Shown: piece by piece, positions 14,809 through 29,520 of the stretch | Layout of the letters: every line of letters starts with the position of its first letter | Numbering within the stretch: the stretch's first letter is position 1 | Origin: Tubiluchus corallicola | Taxonomy: Eukaryota; Animalia; Priapulida | Length of the DNA stretch: 64,000 nucleotides | NCBI GenBank assembly: GCA_030141605.1 | Contig: JAQGDQ010000157.1 | Span: 124,001 to 188,000 of the forward strand | Direction of reading: 5' to 3' | Program-made: the position numbers and the translations under genes | The notes under the pieces: model-generated | Seen by the model: the letters and a program-made list of their open reading frames with translations, nothing else | Databases searched by the model: none | Told to the model about the DNA's origin: nothing

Positions 14809-15174
14809 TGAGCTGAGCTTACAGAATTTTACAGCATTGTAACACTTCATTATTGTACTTGCAAAAATTAGTGTTGCGTTCTTCTTATTCACAAGCTTTT
14901 GAAATATTAAAACAGGTCTCAAATACAAATTTTGATCTATGTATAAGTCCTAATTTAGAAATTTTGTCCACTGAATTTTTGCGCATGTGGATGGACCAGG
15001 AATGATCAAATTTGATCTCGACTTAGAACTGCCATCAGCAGTAATTTTGCTCTCAATTTTGAAACTGCCGTCTAATGTTTTTACTTTTAAAGGTCGTTTT
15101 ATAACTCGTTGTTTTAAAGGTATTCTGATTTCTGCCTACGTCAAGGTCCATTTTTACATGCATTCCTAGATGAG

Positions 15175-15557
15175 AAGCTGAAATTTTTGGCAGCTCCAGC
15201 GATTGATGATGATCGTGAAAAGGGCAAACGTTAAGTGTACCAGACAACGCATTTATGTACACTTGACAATACCTCGCAGCTCATGCTATTGTAATAGTAA
15301 CAGTTTCAACAGCTAGCTAGAATATTACCTTTCATTTTTTTCTTGTTCCTAAACAAGATCCTGCTAGTAAATCAATCTACACACAGACTAATGTATAATT
15401 AAGCAAAATAACTAAAGTTACTGAATTGATGAGGCAGGCGGCTTTGTTTTACCCAAATGTCACGTGACAGTTGAAATTAAGACGCGTTGCTGTAGTACAC
15501 TTAACCTTTGACCTACCGCAACTGCACGTGAACACAATGAAACTGTGAAAAGGCTTA
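15175..15557. mobile_element. MITE family A copy
   Basis: family A internal sequence ending aactgtgaaaaggctta. Confidence 0.85.
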
Positions 15558-16189
15558 TTTCCATTGCATGCGGTTTCCCTTTGAAACTGAACAATGAACA
15601 CGTTCTCTTGGAAAGAACTCAGAATTCGATTTCTGAATATTTGTTTGTGGATTTGACGGGTCAAATTAATTCTTCAACTCTAAGCTGAGATTTGACTGTT
15701 CAAGGGAATATTTAATCACCTTGCTAAAACATATCGTGTGACCTCTGACCTCGGGCACTGCTTCTTAATTAATAACATTAGAATCGGCAAAACGTTATCT
15801 GCTGTAGTAATTGAATAACATTGGGAATTTAAGGCGAGAGGTCGGTTTTTGGGTTAAACGCAAAGTAATTTACAACATAAAATCTTGTCACCCACCCAGG
15901 AATACTGACTGCTTGTCCGTGTTTTACCTTTCATAATTTATGGAAGCTTTTTCTTTCCATTCCTTGCAAGAGTTCTGTCCATGAGCAGCGATTTGTGTCC
16001 GCGTATCAAGGAGGAACGTGTTTCGGACATTTTGGAGCTTAATACTGTTGTTTAAAGTTCTCTAAACTGTACAACAAAATCAAATGCAGTTACCAGCATT
16101 TAGTTAGTCAACTGAAAGTTGAATATGTTTTCAGATCACAGTTTTGGTATAAAAATGAATATTATAAAAACAGAAAAAGGTGTGAATAA

Positions 16190-16420
16190 TGGTAATGGAA
16201 GTAATGATGATTGTGACTGTGAGGACAGTAATGATGTTGATGATGATGTCGAGGATGGTGATGATGACGACGACGACGACGATAATGAGGTGGCAATGGC
16301 GATGTTGATGATGATCACGATGATAATGATGATGATAGTTGTAGTGCTGATGGTGGTATTGTGGTGATTGCGTTGGTGGTGACTTTGGTGAGTTGGTGTG
16401 GCGATGATGACTACGATGAT
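16190..16420. repeat. Degenerate (GAT)n tract
   Basis: directly visible; similar tracts at ~8180-8350 and ~25920-26150. Confidence 0.85.
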
Positions 16421-17075
16421 TAAATGAAGGTATTTTACACACAACAAACCATCTATTACAGTATGGCCTATTGGATTACATAATTATTCACTCATTTATT
16501 GTTAAAATAATTAATCATATTCTGTCCTCTTGGGACAAGTCTTAGTGCAAAGTTTCCTCACGAAGGTGAGATCAATGTTAACTTTGCCATTGTGTGCGCA
16601 ATTTCATGTTTCGCGCATTTCCCTGCCGTTAATCATCGCTAAAACAACACGGCAACACAACAGCTATAATCTCCCAAGAGACACAACAGCTTCACGCGGG
16701 ATGGTAACGGATTGTTTCATTCTGAAGCCACTCGATCCCCAGCGTCCTTGGATACAAAGAACATGTATATTCTGCACACTTTTCATTTAGATTAGTATTG
16801 AGGAATCAAATAGACTCTGGCAGCCAGCAGTGTCTATGTGTCTATTGTGCACAGAGGTCCTATGTGTATTTTGCTAATGAATAAAGCCATCAAATATATG
16901 TGCCTTCAAAGAATAGCCCATGAATTGCTAAAAGACTGAATATTTTGTGCAGGGGAAACATGTCTGCGTGTCTTAAATAATGGATGAGTTTCATTTCTTT
17001 AGCTACTGTTCTGAAGTGGGTAAATCTGCTCAGTTACTCCATGATATGCTTTGCCTTTATAGTAACAATGATGAT

Positions 17076-17449
17076 TTAAACGAAAGAATAAGTGACTCAG
17101 TATGTTGGGTTTATTTTACTACTATCACTTCAACGTAGAAAAATATAACAAAGAAAATTGCAAAAAACTCTCTATTAGCACAAAAGTATTACAAAATTAG
17201 CTAATTTTTTTGTAAAAACTTATTATACATTTGACGAAGATTGACAATGCACTACTTTTTGTCAAGACAAATGAATTGGAAGAAGAATGGGCATTGAAAA
17301 TTGGAGCGCCCAAGAAGTCATTGCGTCTTTAAAGTGATTTTACTAATTACACGAGGTGCATATCGCAGTTTTATTACTAAATCCTTCTAACATTTTTCGC
17401 AAACATTGAAATAAGCTTAACTTTCCAGAAGACTTGACCTTTCCTTTAA
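17076..17449 (+). mobile_element. Family C element, internally deleted
   Basis: TTAAacgaaagaataagtgactcagtatgttgg ... cttgacctttcctTTAA. Confidence 0.78.
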
Positions 17450-18819
17450 ATACAACAGACCACGTATCTAACGTATTAGACCTCTTACCACTTTAATGTA
17501 AGCAATCATAGGGCAGGAAAATGGGTCTTCGTGCGGATTCTACCGTACGAACATCCATTTTTATAACTAGAAAACCTATACATTATAATTTTGTCATTTG
17601 ACTTATGACATAATTTATAATTTGTTGTACTTTTATGGTTTTGCAAAGTAAATAAATCACGTTTGTTTGCTGACGCTACAACAAGTGCGCTTTAATTTTA
17701 TAATGGTGATTAAAGTATCTCTACTTAGTTCGGTACAGTTAATAACTGCGAAATCAAGCTCAGTATCAAGTGATTCTAAGTTACTAGGCAGTTAATAAAT
17801 AAGAAATCGAGCTCAGTATCACGAGATTCTTGCTTCCTTATCTGTGCAGCGTCGATCCTTCCTTTTTTGATACTTTCTTAATTAGCTCTCCTCTTATGTT
17901 TGGTCTCTGCAGGTTTGACCTTTTCATTCATCCAGTAATAAGTGTAGCAGCCATACAAGCCTCGGTCTCGTACTCGATTAGATTGTCTAATCCCCCTGAT
18001 TACGATCGTATTAGTTCTATTACTCGAGTATTACTTTTACTTTTACCAGCAGCTGCCTTGTGATTACAAAACATCGAGCACTGCATCATCAATATGTATT
18101 AATAGTTTATAGTACAGCGCGTGTTGCGCATGCGTTAAGAGAATAAATAAAATAGGTAGAGGTAAATTTAGCAAAGTGACCCCCGTTGCATTTATTCATC
18201 CATGTAAAATTTAAAGTATCTTCTACAAATGTAAATACAGCACGGGGAGTTTTTGCTCTAAAGAATAAAGAGAATAAGAGAATCGCGGCCCAAATGAAGT
18301 TTCTTATAGAAGCAGCCATGTAAAAAATTTAAAGCAACATGAAAAACAGTATGAAACAGGATACAATTCCATAATTGTTGCAAGTTTTTCAATGTTTTTG
18401 GACTCTGTAAACTAAAATTCATCACTCAAATGCAGAACTTACTTAATGTATAATGATTGTGGTGGGATCGGAACATACTTCACTATTAATTTGTGAGATT
18501 AAATCTCGCTTGGTAAAGAGTGTAACAAGATAATTTTCTGAGATAATCCTTATCACTCCACCAGGAGAGACACCGTAGCCACGTTTGATGCTCGTACATG
18601 CTTCAATGATGAAATAGCTCTATATGAAAAATCTAAACCTTCAAGAAGCAGTTTTTCTGGTAGTCACCTTTACATTTACTGACCAGACTCTGCATCTCTG
18701 TTTGTTTTTCACACACTGTGACTAATCAGCTTTTACGCTTGCCAGTTGTACAGCCATATTAGTTGTAAGTGAATATAATGAAGATAATTTGAAACAGATG
18801 GACCGAGGGAGAAGGCAAG

Positions 18820-19000
18820 GCAAGGAGAAAGAGAGAGAGGGAGAAGGGGGTAGACGGAGAGACAAGAAAAAAAGAGAAAGGGAGAGAGAAGACAGTAAGA
18901 GAGAGAGGGAGTGTGTTTGTGTGCGTATGTGTGTGTGTGTGTGTGCGCGCGCGCGCGTGCGTGCGTGCGTGTGTGTGAGAGAGAGAGAGAGAAAGAGAGC
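18820..19000. repeat. (GA)n/(GT)n/(GC)n compound repeat
   Basis: directly visible. Confidence 0.9.
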
Positions 19001-19512
19001 AGACAGGAGTAAAGTTACAATCTTAATTCCCTAACGAAGTTTGCAGGTTGTGAAAGGGACAGTTCTAAGACAATTTATATGTGTCATATAAAGTGTGAAG
19101 TGGCACCTTTTTTTTAATTACTCGTGTAAGTACGAAAAAGTGAAACCAAAAAGGAAGCAGCATAAAGCGGCTTCACTGGAACAATAATTTAAAACAGCTT
19201 GTCTACCAGGACAGTAGGATTCACAGCCGTATGTATAAAGTCATAACATTATTGTCTAGCCGTGCGTGTATTATTGCTGCTCGGTTTTATGACTTAATGA
19301 CTGTGCAGTTCAAAATTGGCAGTTTAATGCACATATTATGAGTAATGTTTGCTTTACCTGGTTACTCATGTGTGTGGAAACACATTGAACATTTCAACAT
19401 AAATATTTAAACACAATAAAAGCAGTAAATGTCAACCTTCTACACAATTCATGGAGAACAAAAAAAACAAAAAAAGAGAAAATAAAAATACCTGCTACGG
19501 CTGCTGGAAGCA

Positions 19513-19812
19513 ATAAGCTTTTTCACAGTTTCGTTGTGCGCACGTGCAGTTGCTGCAGGTCAATGGTTATGTGTACCACAGCAACATGTCCTAACTACAA
19601 CAGTCATGTGACATGTGGATAGCAAAGCAAAGCTCATGTGTGACAAAGCAAAGCCACTTGCTGCATCAGTCCAGTAGTTTTGGGTGGACTTTACTTAATT
19701 ATGCATTAGTCTGTGCGTAGAGTGATTTACTAGCAGGATCTTGCTTGGGAACAAGAAAAAATGAACTAGATAAGGTTCTAGCTAGCTGTTAAACTATTAC
19801 CATTACAATAAC
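19513..19812. mobile_element. MITE family A, truncated copy
   Basis: starts aataagctttttcacagtttcg; other end lost before the (CTCTA)n array. Confidence 0.85.
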
Positions 19813-19864
19813 TTGAACGGTGACTATAGTTTATAGTTTATTGAACGACTTTAAATAAAGTACG

Positions 19865-20497
19865 CTCTACTCAACCCTATTTTACTCTACTCTACTCTAC
19901 TCTACTCTACTTTGCTCCGCTCCGCTCTGCTCTACTCTGCTCTGCTCTGCTCTGCTGTGCTCTGCTCTGCTCTGCTCTGCTCTGCTCTGCTCTGCTCTGC
20001 TCTGCTCTGCTCTGCTCTGCTCTGCTCTACTCTACTCTACTCTACTCTACTCTACTCTACTCTACTCTACTCTACTCTACTCTACTCTACTCTACTCTAC
20101 TCTACTCTACTCTACTCTACTCTACTCTACTCTACTCTACTCTACTCTACTCTACTCTACTCTACTCTACTCTACTCTACTCTACTCTACTCTACTCTAC
20201 TCTACTCTACTCTCTACTCTCTACTCTCTACTCTCTACTCTACTCTACTCTACTCTACTCTACTCTACTCTACTCTACTCTACTCTACTCTACTCTACTC
20301 TACTCTACTCTACTCTACTCTACTCTACTCTACTCTACTCTACTCTACTCTACTCTACTCTACTCTACTCTACTCTACTCTACTCTACTCTACTCTACTC
20401 TACTCTACTCTACTCTACTCTACTCTACTCTACTCTACTCTACTCTACTCTACTCTACTCTGCTCCGTTGCGCTCCACTCCACTCCGCTCCACTCCA
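19865..20497. repeat. (CTCTA)n/(CTCTG)n pentanucleotide array
   Basis: directly visible, about 630 bp. Confidence 0.98.
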
Positions 20498-21124
20498 TGG
20501 CCCCAGGGAAGGTTTTAGGCTTGTATGTTAATTTAGGTCACCTCTTAGCACGGTAGCCAAAAATAGCACTCTTTAGTCCAATATGTTTTATAAGCGGTTT
20601 TAGGTGTTCCCAAGTTCGGGTATCAATGTCCCCACTCTTTTCGAATACACCGCCCTTCCCAAAATGGCGTCTGAAACAGATTAGATATGATTAGATTAGA
20701 TTAGATTAGTTTATTCCAACGTAAAAACCATACAAAAAATAAAAGGTATTGCATCACATTAAAGTAAAATAATAAAATAAAAGATACACTAGAAATACTC
20801 GTTCAGTAAAATAAGCATTCACAGCTATCACGTTCGACGATTGTTATTCACAAACAGTCTGTTATTCCACATCTTAAAATAATAAGATTGTATTATTCGT
20901 ACAGAGTTGACAACAGGTAGATGCTTATAGTTCGAAGAAGTAGTCAAGTAGAACTGGACGAGTATGGTCTATTTATGATATGTTAAAAGTTTTTTTAATT
21001 AACTAGTAAAAGTAATTTTATCGTTATGCATCTATATTTAGCTACAAATTCTTAGTAATTTTAGTGAAAATGTCTCGATTTAGTAATGTAGTTTTGTACA
21101 CATTCAAGAATTTTACAGCTTATA

Positions 21125-21525
21125 TTGTTCTAGGAGGTTTGTAACTCAAAAGCAGCATCAGCTAAGTTTACAATGTTCTAGGAGTAACTCAAAAGAAGCA
21201 TCAGCTAAGTTTACATTGTTCTAAGAAATTAGTAACTCAAAAGCTGCATCAGCTAAGTTTACAATGTTCTAGGAGTAACTCAAAAGCAGCAGCATCTAAG
21301 TTTACATTGTTCTAAGAGATTAGTAACTCAAAAGCAGCATCAGCTATGTTTACATTTTTCTAAGAAATTAGTAACTCAAAAGCAGCAGCATCTAAGTTTA
21401 CATTTTTCTAAGAAATTAGTAACTCAAAAGCAGCATCAGCTAAGTTTACATTGTTCTAAGAGATTAGTAACTCAAAAGCAGCATCAGCTAAGTTTACATT
21501 GTTCTAAGAGATTAGTGACTCTAAG
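21125..21525. repeat. Minisatellite, 43-49 bp unit, about 8 copies
   Basis: unit gtaactcaaaagcagcatcagctaagtttacattgttctaagagatta. Confidence 0.95.
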
Positions 21526-21790
21526 ACGATCTGTAGGACGGCGAGTCTAATCCTCTGAACATCAAGATTAATGACACGATTCACGTTTATCGCTTCGCAA
21601 GATTTACCGAAACGAAGACAGCAGCGAGGCTTCCATGGTTTTCATATTGACTGACATGGCTTCCCCGTGGGAGTTCAGTCCTTCACGCGTTTTGAAAATG
21701 CTTCGGCTCTCAGGAAAAGCGGCAGTAAGACCTTTGAAAAATTTACGACTGATTACAGTCTTTGCTTGCACCTCCGGTGATGTGAAAGCG

Positions 21791-21791
<1 letters not shown>

Positions 21792-21828
<37 letters not shown>

Positions 21829-21910
21829 CTCCCCCTCTCTCTCTTTCTTTTTTTCTCTCTCTCTTCCTCTCTTTCTCTCTCTCCCTCTCTTGTCTCTCTC
21901 TCTCTCACTC
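21792..21910. repeat. (CT)n tract
   Basis: directly visible. Confidence 0.92.
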
Positions 21911-22445
21911 CTCAGAAAGGAAACCATAATCTTCCGAAGAACTATAATTTTAGGGCACTAACGCATTGTCATCGTATGTTATTTTTCAAGGTGGCGAGAC
22001 TGGCGACTTCCTGCGTGCGATTTTGAGGGCTTGTGTTTAAAATCTATGCTATCATCTGCGACTATTACCCACTCCTGGCAGCAGAGCGCTGAATTTTTTG
22101 AAAAATACGTCCTCATATGCGCACTGCGAAGGAGGCTTCCCGAACAGATATCACGTATAATTGATAAGAAGTCTTACATAACGATTCTGCATCGGTTCCT
22201 AACTAGGATGCCCCGCGAGTGCTCATAAAGAATTGCTGAAATTTCTCTGGAATTGCTGAGTTAAGAAATGCGACGGGGACTTCGGAAAACTGCTTCTATT
22301 TCTGAATATCTGCGTCAATTTCTTGCTTGTCAACTTCTAACTCATCAAATCAAAATTCATGTTTTACAGCGTCTTAAAAATGTAGTTTCCGTGGTGCATG
22401 GAACAGAAGACCCAAACTACTCAACCCGGAATGTGTCAGTTTAAA

Positions 22446-22796
22446 AAGCCTTTTCACACTTCCAACGATTGATGATGATCATGAAAAGATCAAAGGTTAA
22501 GGGTACCAGACAACGGATTTGTGTACACTTGATAACGCTTCGCTAGAACCTTACCTAGTTCATTTTTTCTTGTTCCCAAGCAAGATCCTGTTAGTAAATC
22601 ACTCTACACACAGGCTAATGCATAATTAAGTAAAATTCACGTAAAACAACTGAAATTACTGAACTGATACGGTAGAGACGACTTTGTTTACCCACATGTC
22701 ACATGACGGTTGTAGTTAAAACGCGTTGCTGTGGTACACTTAACCTTGGACCTACATCAACTGCGAATGCGTACAACAAAACTGTCAAAAGGCTTA
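22446..22796. mobile_element. MITE family A copy
   Basis: aagccttttcacac ... ctgtcaaaaggctta. Confidence 0.88.
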
Positions 22797-23209
22797 TTGT
22801 TCTAGAAGTCACAGCATATATTTTTCATTTTTTCCGGTTTTGTCTTGTTCTTCATTACTTGTAGCAAAGCTGATTTTTGGTGTTTTTACATTAGCAAAAG
22901 CGCGTTAAATATTCATAGTGAAATGTTTTATGCGTTTCCACATATATCAGCAGTCACGTAAAGCAAGCGTTATTCACGATAAGTGCATCAAACTGCCAAT
23001 TTTGAACTGCACAGTCATCAAGTCATAAAAGCAGAGCAATAATCCACCATTTGTCTAATGTCTATGGCTCTATTTGCACTTGTGAATCAAATTAATGTTC
23101 ATTTTGCTCAGGCAGAAGCCTCTTCTGAATTATGCTTCCAGTGAATGCTGCCGTTTTTCTTCGGTATTTGCCTATACTTTCTCGTCCTCACATGAATATT
23201 ACTGTAATG

Positions 23210-23435
23210 AACCTTTCACAGTTTCGTTGTGCGCACGCGCAGTTGCTGTAGGTGAAAGGTTAAGTGTACCGCAGCAACGCATTTTAACTACAACCGTCAT
23301 GTAACATGTGTGTAAAGCAAAGCCGTGTGCCGCATCAGTTCAGTATTTTCAGTTGTTTTATCGGACTTTGCTTAATTACTTAACTTTTGTCCTTTTCACG
23401 ATCAGTATCAATAGCTAGAACTAAGAAAAGGCTTA
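23210..23435. mobile_element. MITE family A, internally deleted copy
   Basis: both ends present, central ~170 bp missing. Confidence 0.8.
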
Positions 23436-23529
23436 TTTAAAAAAAGACTCTAGTTCATATTGCAACACACATTTATCTTACACCCTACTGCATAACCCTA
23501 CTTTGCTAAGGAACATAGTGTACACTATC

Positions 23530-24021
<492 letters not shown>

Positions 24022-25687
24022 ATGTAGAACTGTGGTAAAACTAAATTCGATAAGATGTTTATAATGGCGATAATCATAAGTAAGGCTGTTGTTTTTCCTG
24101 AAAGCAAGAAAGGGTAGAATCAGGCGGTGAATAAACAATCTGACAATGAAATTTCGTTTACCGCTCAGTTGGTGTTCGACGCCCGGACTTCTACTGTAAG
24201 CAGCTTCTTCCTATTTCCTTTTACTTGTCCACGATTAAGATGTTATCTTTTGCCCTGCCAGTGTGAGTGATTGTCACAAAATGCATTGACAGGACAGATT
24301 TTAAGCATTGTGCATTTGCCGAGTTCAGACTAACTGTCCAAAGTGAAATTGACTAATGACAGACCATTGAGTGAAACGTTTTCTGACTCTTGAGTGGTTT
24401 CAAATAAAATGTTTGAACAAGAAGTGCATGATGAACGAGAAACAACATTAGCTTAATGACTCTCGACACGAACATCAAGCAGTAGAAGTAGTCAGGATGC
24501 ATGTATTAATCACTCTTGGCTGGAACTTCAATGCAGAAGTAGTCAGGATGGCAAATCTCAGTTTTGCATAAATAGCATGGATGACACGCATCAATGACCA
24601 TCAATCTGGAATGCAAGGCTGGAGAGGTGCTAGAGTTCAACTCAAATTTTAACGTCTACTCAGCTCAACTCAACTCAAACTTAACACTTCAAAGTGACCT
24701 TCAAGGCAAGAGATGTGCTAGAGTTAAACTCAAGTCAACTCAACTCAAGTACAAGGAGTAGGTATAGGTATGCATAACGATCCAAAACTTCATTTTCAAG
24801 CTATAGAAGTATTGTGGACAATCATCAATGAAAACTGACCTTTTTTGGCAGCGAATAGTAACAGTGCATGCTCAGCGACCTAAGTTATGCAATGCCATTG
24901 TCGGTCAATAAATGGAAGGTGGCTAGTTGGTTCGATACTCGTTTTAGGAGCTTTTTAACGCCATATTGTTAGGCCGTAGTTACGTCTATCTGTCTGTCCG
25001 TCTATCCAAGCAATGAAATAATTATAGGCTCCAAACTTCGTGATTATATCCCATGTGGCAGCTGTCTTTGCTCCAGTACTGTCCCGTTGTTCCGCTTGGC
25101 AGTAATTGAACCCTCCGTAACGCATGCGCTTCTGACATACTTCTATAATTGTCACGCATCCTGATTTCTTTGTATTGCGTAATCTGATTAGAGGCGCAGA
25201 ATTAGAGCAGGGGGACGATGAAGCCATGGTTATGCTCTAGGTTAACATGAAGCCAAACAGAAACCTCACAGAACAGGTCACGGCAGCGAGCTGCAGTGAT
25301 TACTTAGATTCAGCTTACTGCACATCTCGTCATTCAATCAGTAATCATTACTTATTCTACACTTCGTTCAGTCAAAATTTTGAAAAAATTGGGAGTTGGG
25401 TCCGGGAAAACACCCGTTAATGCAATCCAACCACTACCAGCACCACCCCCAGCTCGTACCCGGTCTCTAGAAATAAGAGGTATAAGTTTTACAAAAAACG
25501 GGTAAAGAGGGGCGATTTTGGCGATTTTTCGCAATCCACTCCTCCCGGTGGCCACGATTTGAAAAACAAACCATCAATGAGACGACAATGGATCGAGACC
25601 TTTTGTTTGACATATAGATCGCCCCAATGTTGTTGGAGCTGTAACCTCGAATATTTCGTATATGTACAAAATTCGATATATATCGTA

Positions 25688-25693
25688 TACACA

Positions 25694-25745
<52 letters not shown>

Positions 25746-25753
25746 CACACACA
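25688..25753. repeat. (ACGC)n(AC)n microsatellite
   Basis: directly visible. Confidence 0.95.
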
Positions 25754-27102
25754 TAAAGCCCATATCACCGAAATTAACATATAGAGATGCCTTATAATAG
25801 AGAATTGGTCTAGGCTATGTAGTTCAGGGCTATACAAGGAGTCGATATATGGCAAATTTTCTTTGAATAGAACACCTGTCTAAAATTAAGAGGTGACAAA
25901 AACAGCAACAGCAGAAGCGGACATGATGATGACGACAATAATGACAACACTAAAAGTTATGGCGATGATGAATGTAGTCATGAAAACGATGACATTGGTG
26001 ATGGTAGTCTTGCTCATGGCTATGATCAATTGACGATGATGATGATGTCGATGTCGTATTACTGATGACAATAATGATGATACGTTCGTGATGATGGTTG
26101 TGTGATGTAACAGAAATGATTATGTCAGTCGTGAACAGTGATGACGATTTTAAAAGCAAGAAAAACGATATTTAGCTGTAAAAACAGCCTCGTCACAAAT
26201 CCAAATTCTAGCGCTCGAGTACAATAAAACGAACTGGGCAAGCAGATGTTCTTGACCAATGTTCCCCTCACCTGACTTTAGAATTCTGTTCAGTTGTCAC
26301 ATAAAAACAATTTATTCGCCATTTTTAAGGACCGCTGACGATTATGCTCAAAGTAGTTCATTTTTCCACCTGCTGCACTAGTAACAGCATCCACCAATAT
26401 CAATAAGACACGATACTCCACATAGTATTTAAATTTGTCGAACTAGCAATGTTACTCTTAATTGGTTGCAACCATAAAAGCGAACTTCATTACAATTTGT
26501 TGAAAAATATGGAAGCTGTCGGTACGGACTAGGATGCTAAAGCGCATTATGGTCCCGATTTTTCAAAATATTTTACTTGTAATTCTCCTTCGAGCTGAGG
26601 GCGGCGCTAATACGAGGGGTTAAGAAACTACAGTTGTACAAATGTTGCTTTGTCAATTAACCTTGCTGGGTGCACGTAAGGTATTCATGCGAACTCGTTT
26701 CGTTTGATAATTTTTCTGCACGTCTGAAATCGAAAGATTGTCACTGCACGAAACCTGGAACCTCTTTCGAGATCATCCTCCAATGCGCATAATGTTTCAA
26801 TGTTGACACAATTCCTAATGTCCTGTCGTAATTGTTTGTCATGGACGTTTAGATTGTTATGTATGACACGGATAAATATAATGAGCTATTTCCGATCGTG
26901 TCCATATCTTCAGTGACAGTTAATGGCCGTGTACGCGAAACTACAAGCTGTTATGCAAATTTTACTGGGATCAACGAAGCTGGAAAAGACAAGGATAAAA
27001 TTACGGAGTACAATGAGTTATTTTACCGGGCTTCCCGGCTTCTGCATCGTTTAATGTCGTTCTCACGTTTTATTTCGCCCTTGTGAATTCAATGTAAATG
27101 GC

Positions 27103-27785
27103 TTCCCAGGGTGCAGTATGAAATTCACAGTGGCAGGATGAAGTTCCCAGAGTGAAGTATGAAGTTCCCAGTAGCAGGATTAATTTCCCAGAGTGAAGTA
27201 TGAAGTTCCCAGAGGCAGGGTGAAGTTCCCGGGGTACAGTATGAGGTTCCCAGGGTGTGGTATGAAGTTCCCAGGGTGCAGTATGAAGTGTCCACGGGCC
27301 GCACAAAGTTCCCAGGGTGCAGTATGAAGTTCCCAGTGGCAGTATGAAGTTCCCAGGGTGCAGTATGAAGTTCCCAGGGTGCAGTATGAAATTCCCAGGG
27401 CGCAGTATGAAGTTCCCAGGATGCAGTATGAAGTTCCCAGGGTGCAGTATGAAGTGGCCAGGGGTCGTACGAAGTTCCCAGAGTACAGTATGAAGTTCCC
27501 AGTGGCAGTATGAAGTGCCCAGGATGCAGTATGAAGTTCCCAGGGTGCAGTATGAAGTGGCCACGGGCCGCACAAAGTTCCCAGGGTGCAGTATGAAGTT
27601 CCCAGTGGCAGTATGAAGTTCCCAGGGTGCAGTATGAAGTTCCCACTGTGCAGTATGAAATTCCCAGGGCGCAGTATGAAGTTCCCAGGATGCAGTATGA
27701 AGTTCCCAGGGTGCAGTATGAAGTGGCCAGGGGTCGTACGAAGTTCCCAGAGTACAGTATGAAGTTCCCAGGAGTAGGATGAATT
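27103..27785. repeat. Minisatellite, ~21 bp unit with a 269 bp higher-order repeat
   Basis: unit gaagttcccagggtgcagtat; variant units recur at 27292/27561 and 27458/27727. Confidence 0.95.
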
Positions 27786-28094
27786 TTGCGTTTCCAATAG
27801 TTCTTGAGAAAATTGTTACAGTGAGTTTTCAATTAGTTTATTAGTTTTCATTGCGCAGGCACAGGCGCATACGATAGATAGTGAGAAACAACATTTTCAC
27901 AAGTTAGTTAAAACTCTCCAAGCTCACCTGCGACCACTCAAGCACTCATCGTTTGCAGGAGTATGACGTCATGATTTATACAATAGTAATGATAGGCGCT
28001 AATTGTGCATAGATCATAGTTAGTAGATGCAGTCCTCGTTTCGCAGTTTTCTTTTCTATGGCTATGGTCAGTACGATGGTGTCTCTAGTGATGT

Positions 28095-28579
28095 ATAGTA
28101 CAATACAGTACATTACAATACAATGCAATGCAATACAATACAGTACAGTGCAGTGCAGTGCAGTGCAGTGCAGTGCAGTGCAGTGCAGTATAGTACAATA
28201 CAATACAATACAATACAATACAATACAATACAATACAATACAATACAATACAATGCAATACAATACAATACAGTACAGTACAGTACAGTACAGTACAGTA
28301 CAGTACAGTACAGTACAGTACAGTACAGTACAGTACAGTACAGTACAGTACAGTACAGTACAGTACAGTACAGTACAACAGTACAGTACAGTACAGTACA
28401 GTACAGTACAGTACAGTACAGTACAGTACAGTACAGTACAGTACAGTACAGTACAGTACAGTACAGTACAGTACAGTACAGTACAGTACAGTACAGTACA
28501 GTACAGTACAGTACAGTACAGTACAGTACAGTACAGTGCAGTGCAGTACAGTACAATACAATACAATACAATACAATAC
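28095..28579. repeat. (CAGTA)n/(CAATA)n/(CAGTG)n pentanucleotide array
   Basis: directly visible. Confidence 0.98.
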
Positions 28580-29039
28580 CTTTATTTAATGTCCGTTTTC
28601 ACAAAATAAAATATTAGCCTACAGGTTATTTTCACAGACACAATATTGAAAATAATAAAATCTATTTACAGGTAATATAACATAAAATACAGTTCACGCA
28701 TCACCGCTTACACTCGCGGACTTGAGCAGACACTACATTTCTCATTCACCTGAACGCAACCCATTCACTCTATGTAAAATTTACACATATTACAATTACA
28801 AAGTGGTTTGCAGTTATCTAGATAAACTTGAAAGTTTTGTGCGCTAGGTGCTACATCTGTGACATGCAGTTTTCTTGTACATTTTGAGAATTTAGTATTA
28901 TTATTTATTTATTTGAATTTATTAACATTACAAGATAAAATCAAATAAAAAACAAAACAAAAATGCGGATGACAATGTCTATACACTAATAATACGCAAT
29001 AATTGCCCATGTCACGTACACTATACTATTCGTTACCGT

Positions 29040-29520
29040 TTTCCTTTAATTACAGAAAAACAATCTTTAATGAACAGGCACAATGCATTAATGTCAGCTT
29101 CAAACAATTGCCTTGTAGATGAAGATATGATCAGTGCTATATTTCGTTCTAACACACGCTGTAAATGGGCAATGACAAAAACATGCTCTTTGCTTTGAAC
29201 ACTTACTTTATCACATGGACACATTTTCCTATTCCTAGGGATACGAGCCCAACCTGCCTTTTTCAACTGATAATTTTGCTTTAGTAACAAAACATATTCA
29301 GGAACATTGATGCTTCATGACTGCGCACAATACAAAGAGCTTTGAATTGAAATTTCGTTCATACTTGTTTGAACTGTATATGCAACAAATTTAGTATCAC
29401 TAACGTTAATTATCAACTGACGCCTGTTATTGTTATCATCTAAATAGAAATCGTTATTCAAATGAGCGAACACTTCATTATAAATGTAATGTATTAAAGT
29501 ACTACCAGCAATTGTAGCTA
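29040..29520 (-). mobile_element. CR1/L2-group LINE 3' fragment (degenerate)
   Basis: GWARIPRNRKMCPCDKVSVQSKEHVF resembles the C-terminal Cys/His motif of CR1-group ORF2; frameshifted. Confidence 0.55.

Noticed and set aside
21125-21525. CRISPR-like appearance of the 43-49 bp repeat (also the arrays at 27103, 32580 and 47185)
   Set aside because: Units are contiguous with no unique spacers, there are no cas genes, and the context is a eukaryotic intron; these are minisatellites.
21604-22350. GC-richer coding-looking stretch around the (CT)n tract
   Set aside because: The ORFs depend on the microsatellite, neighbouring frames contain stops, and no domain was recognised.
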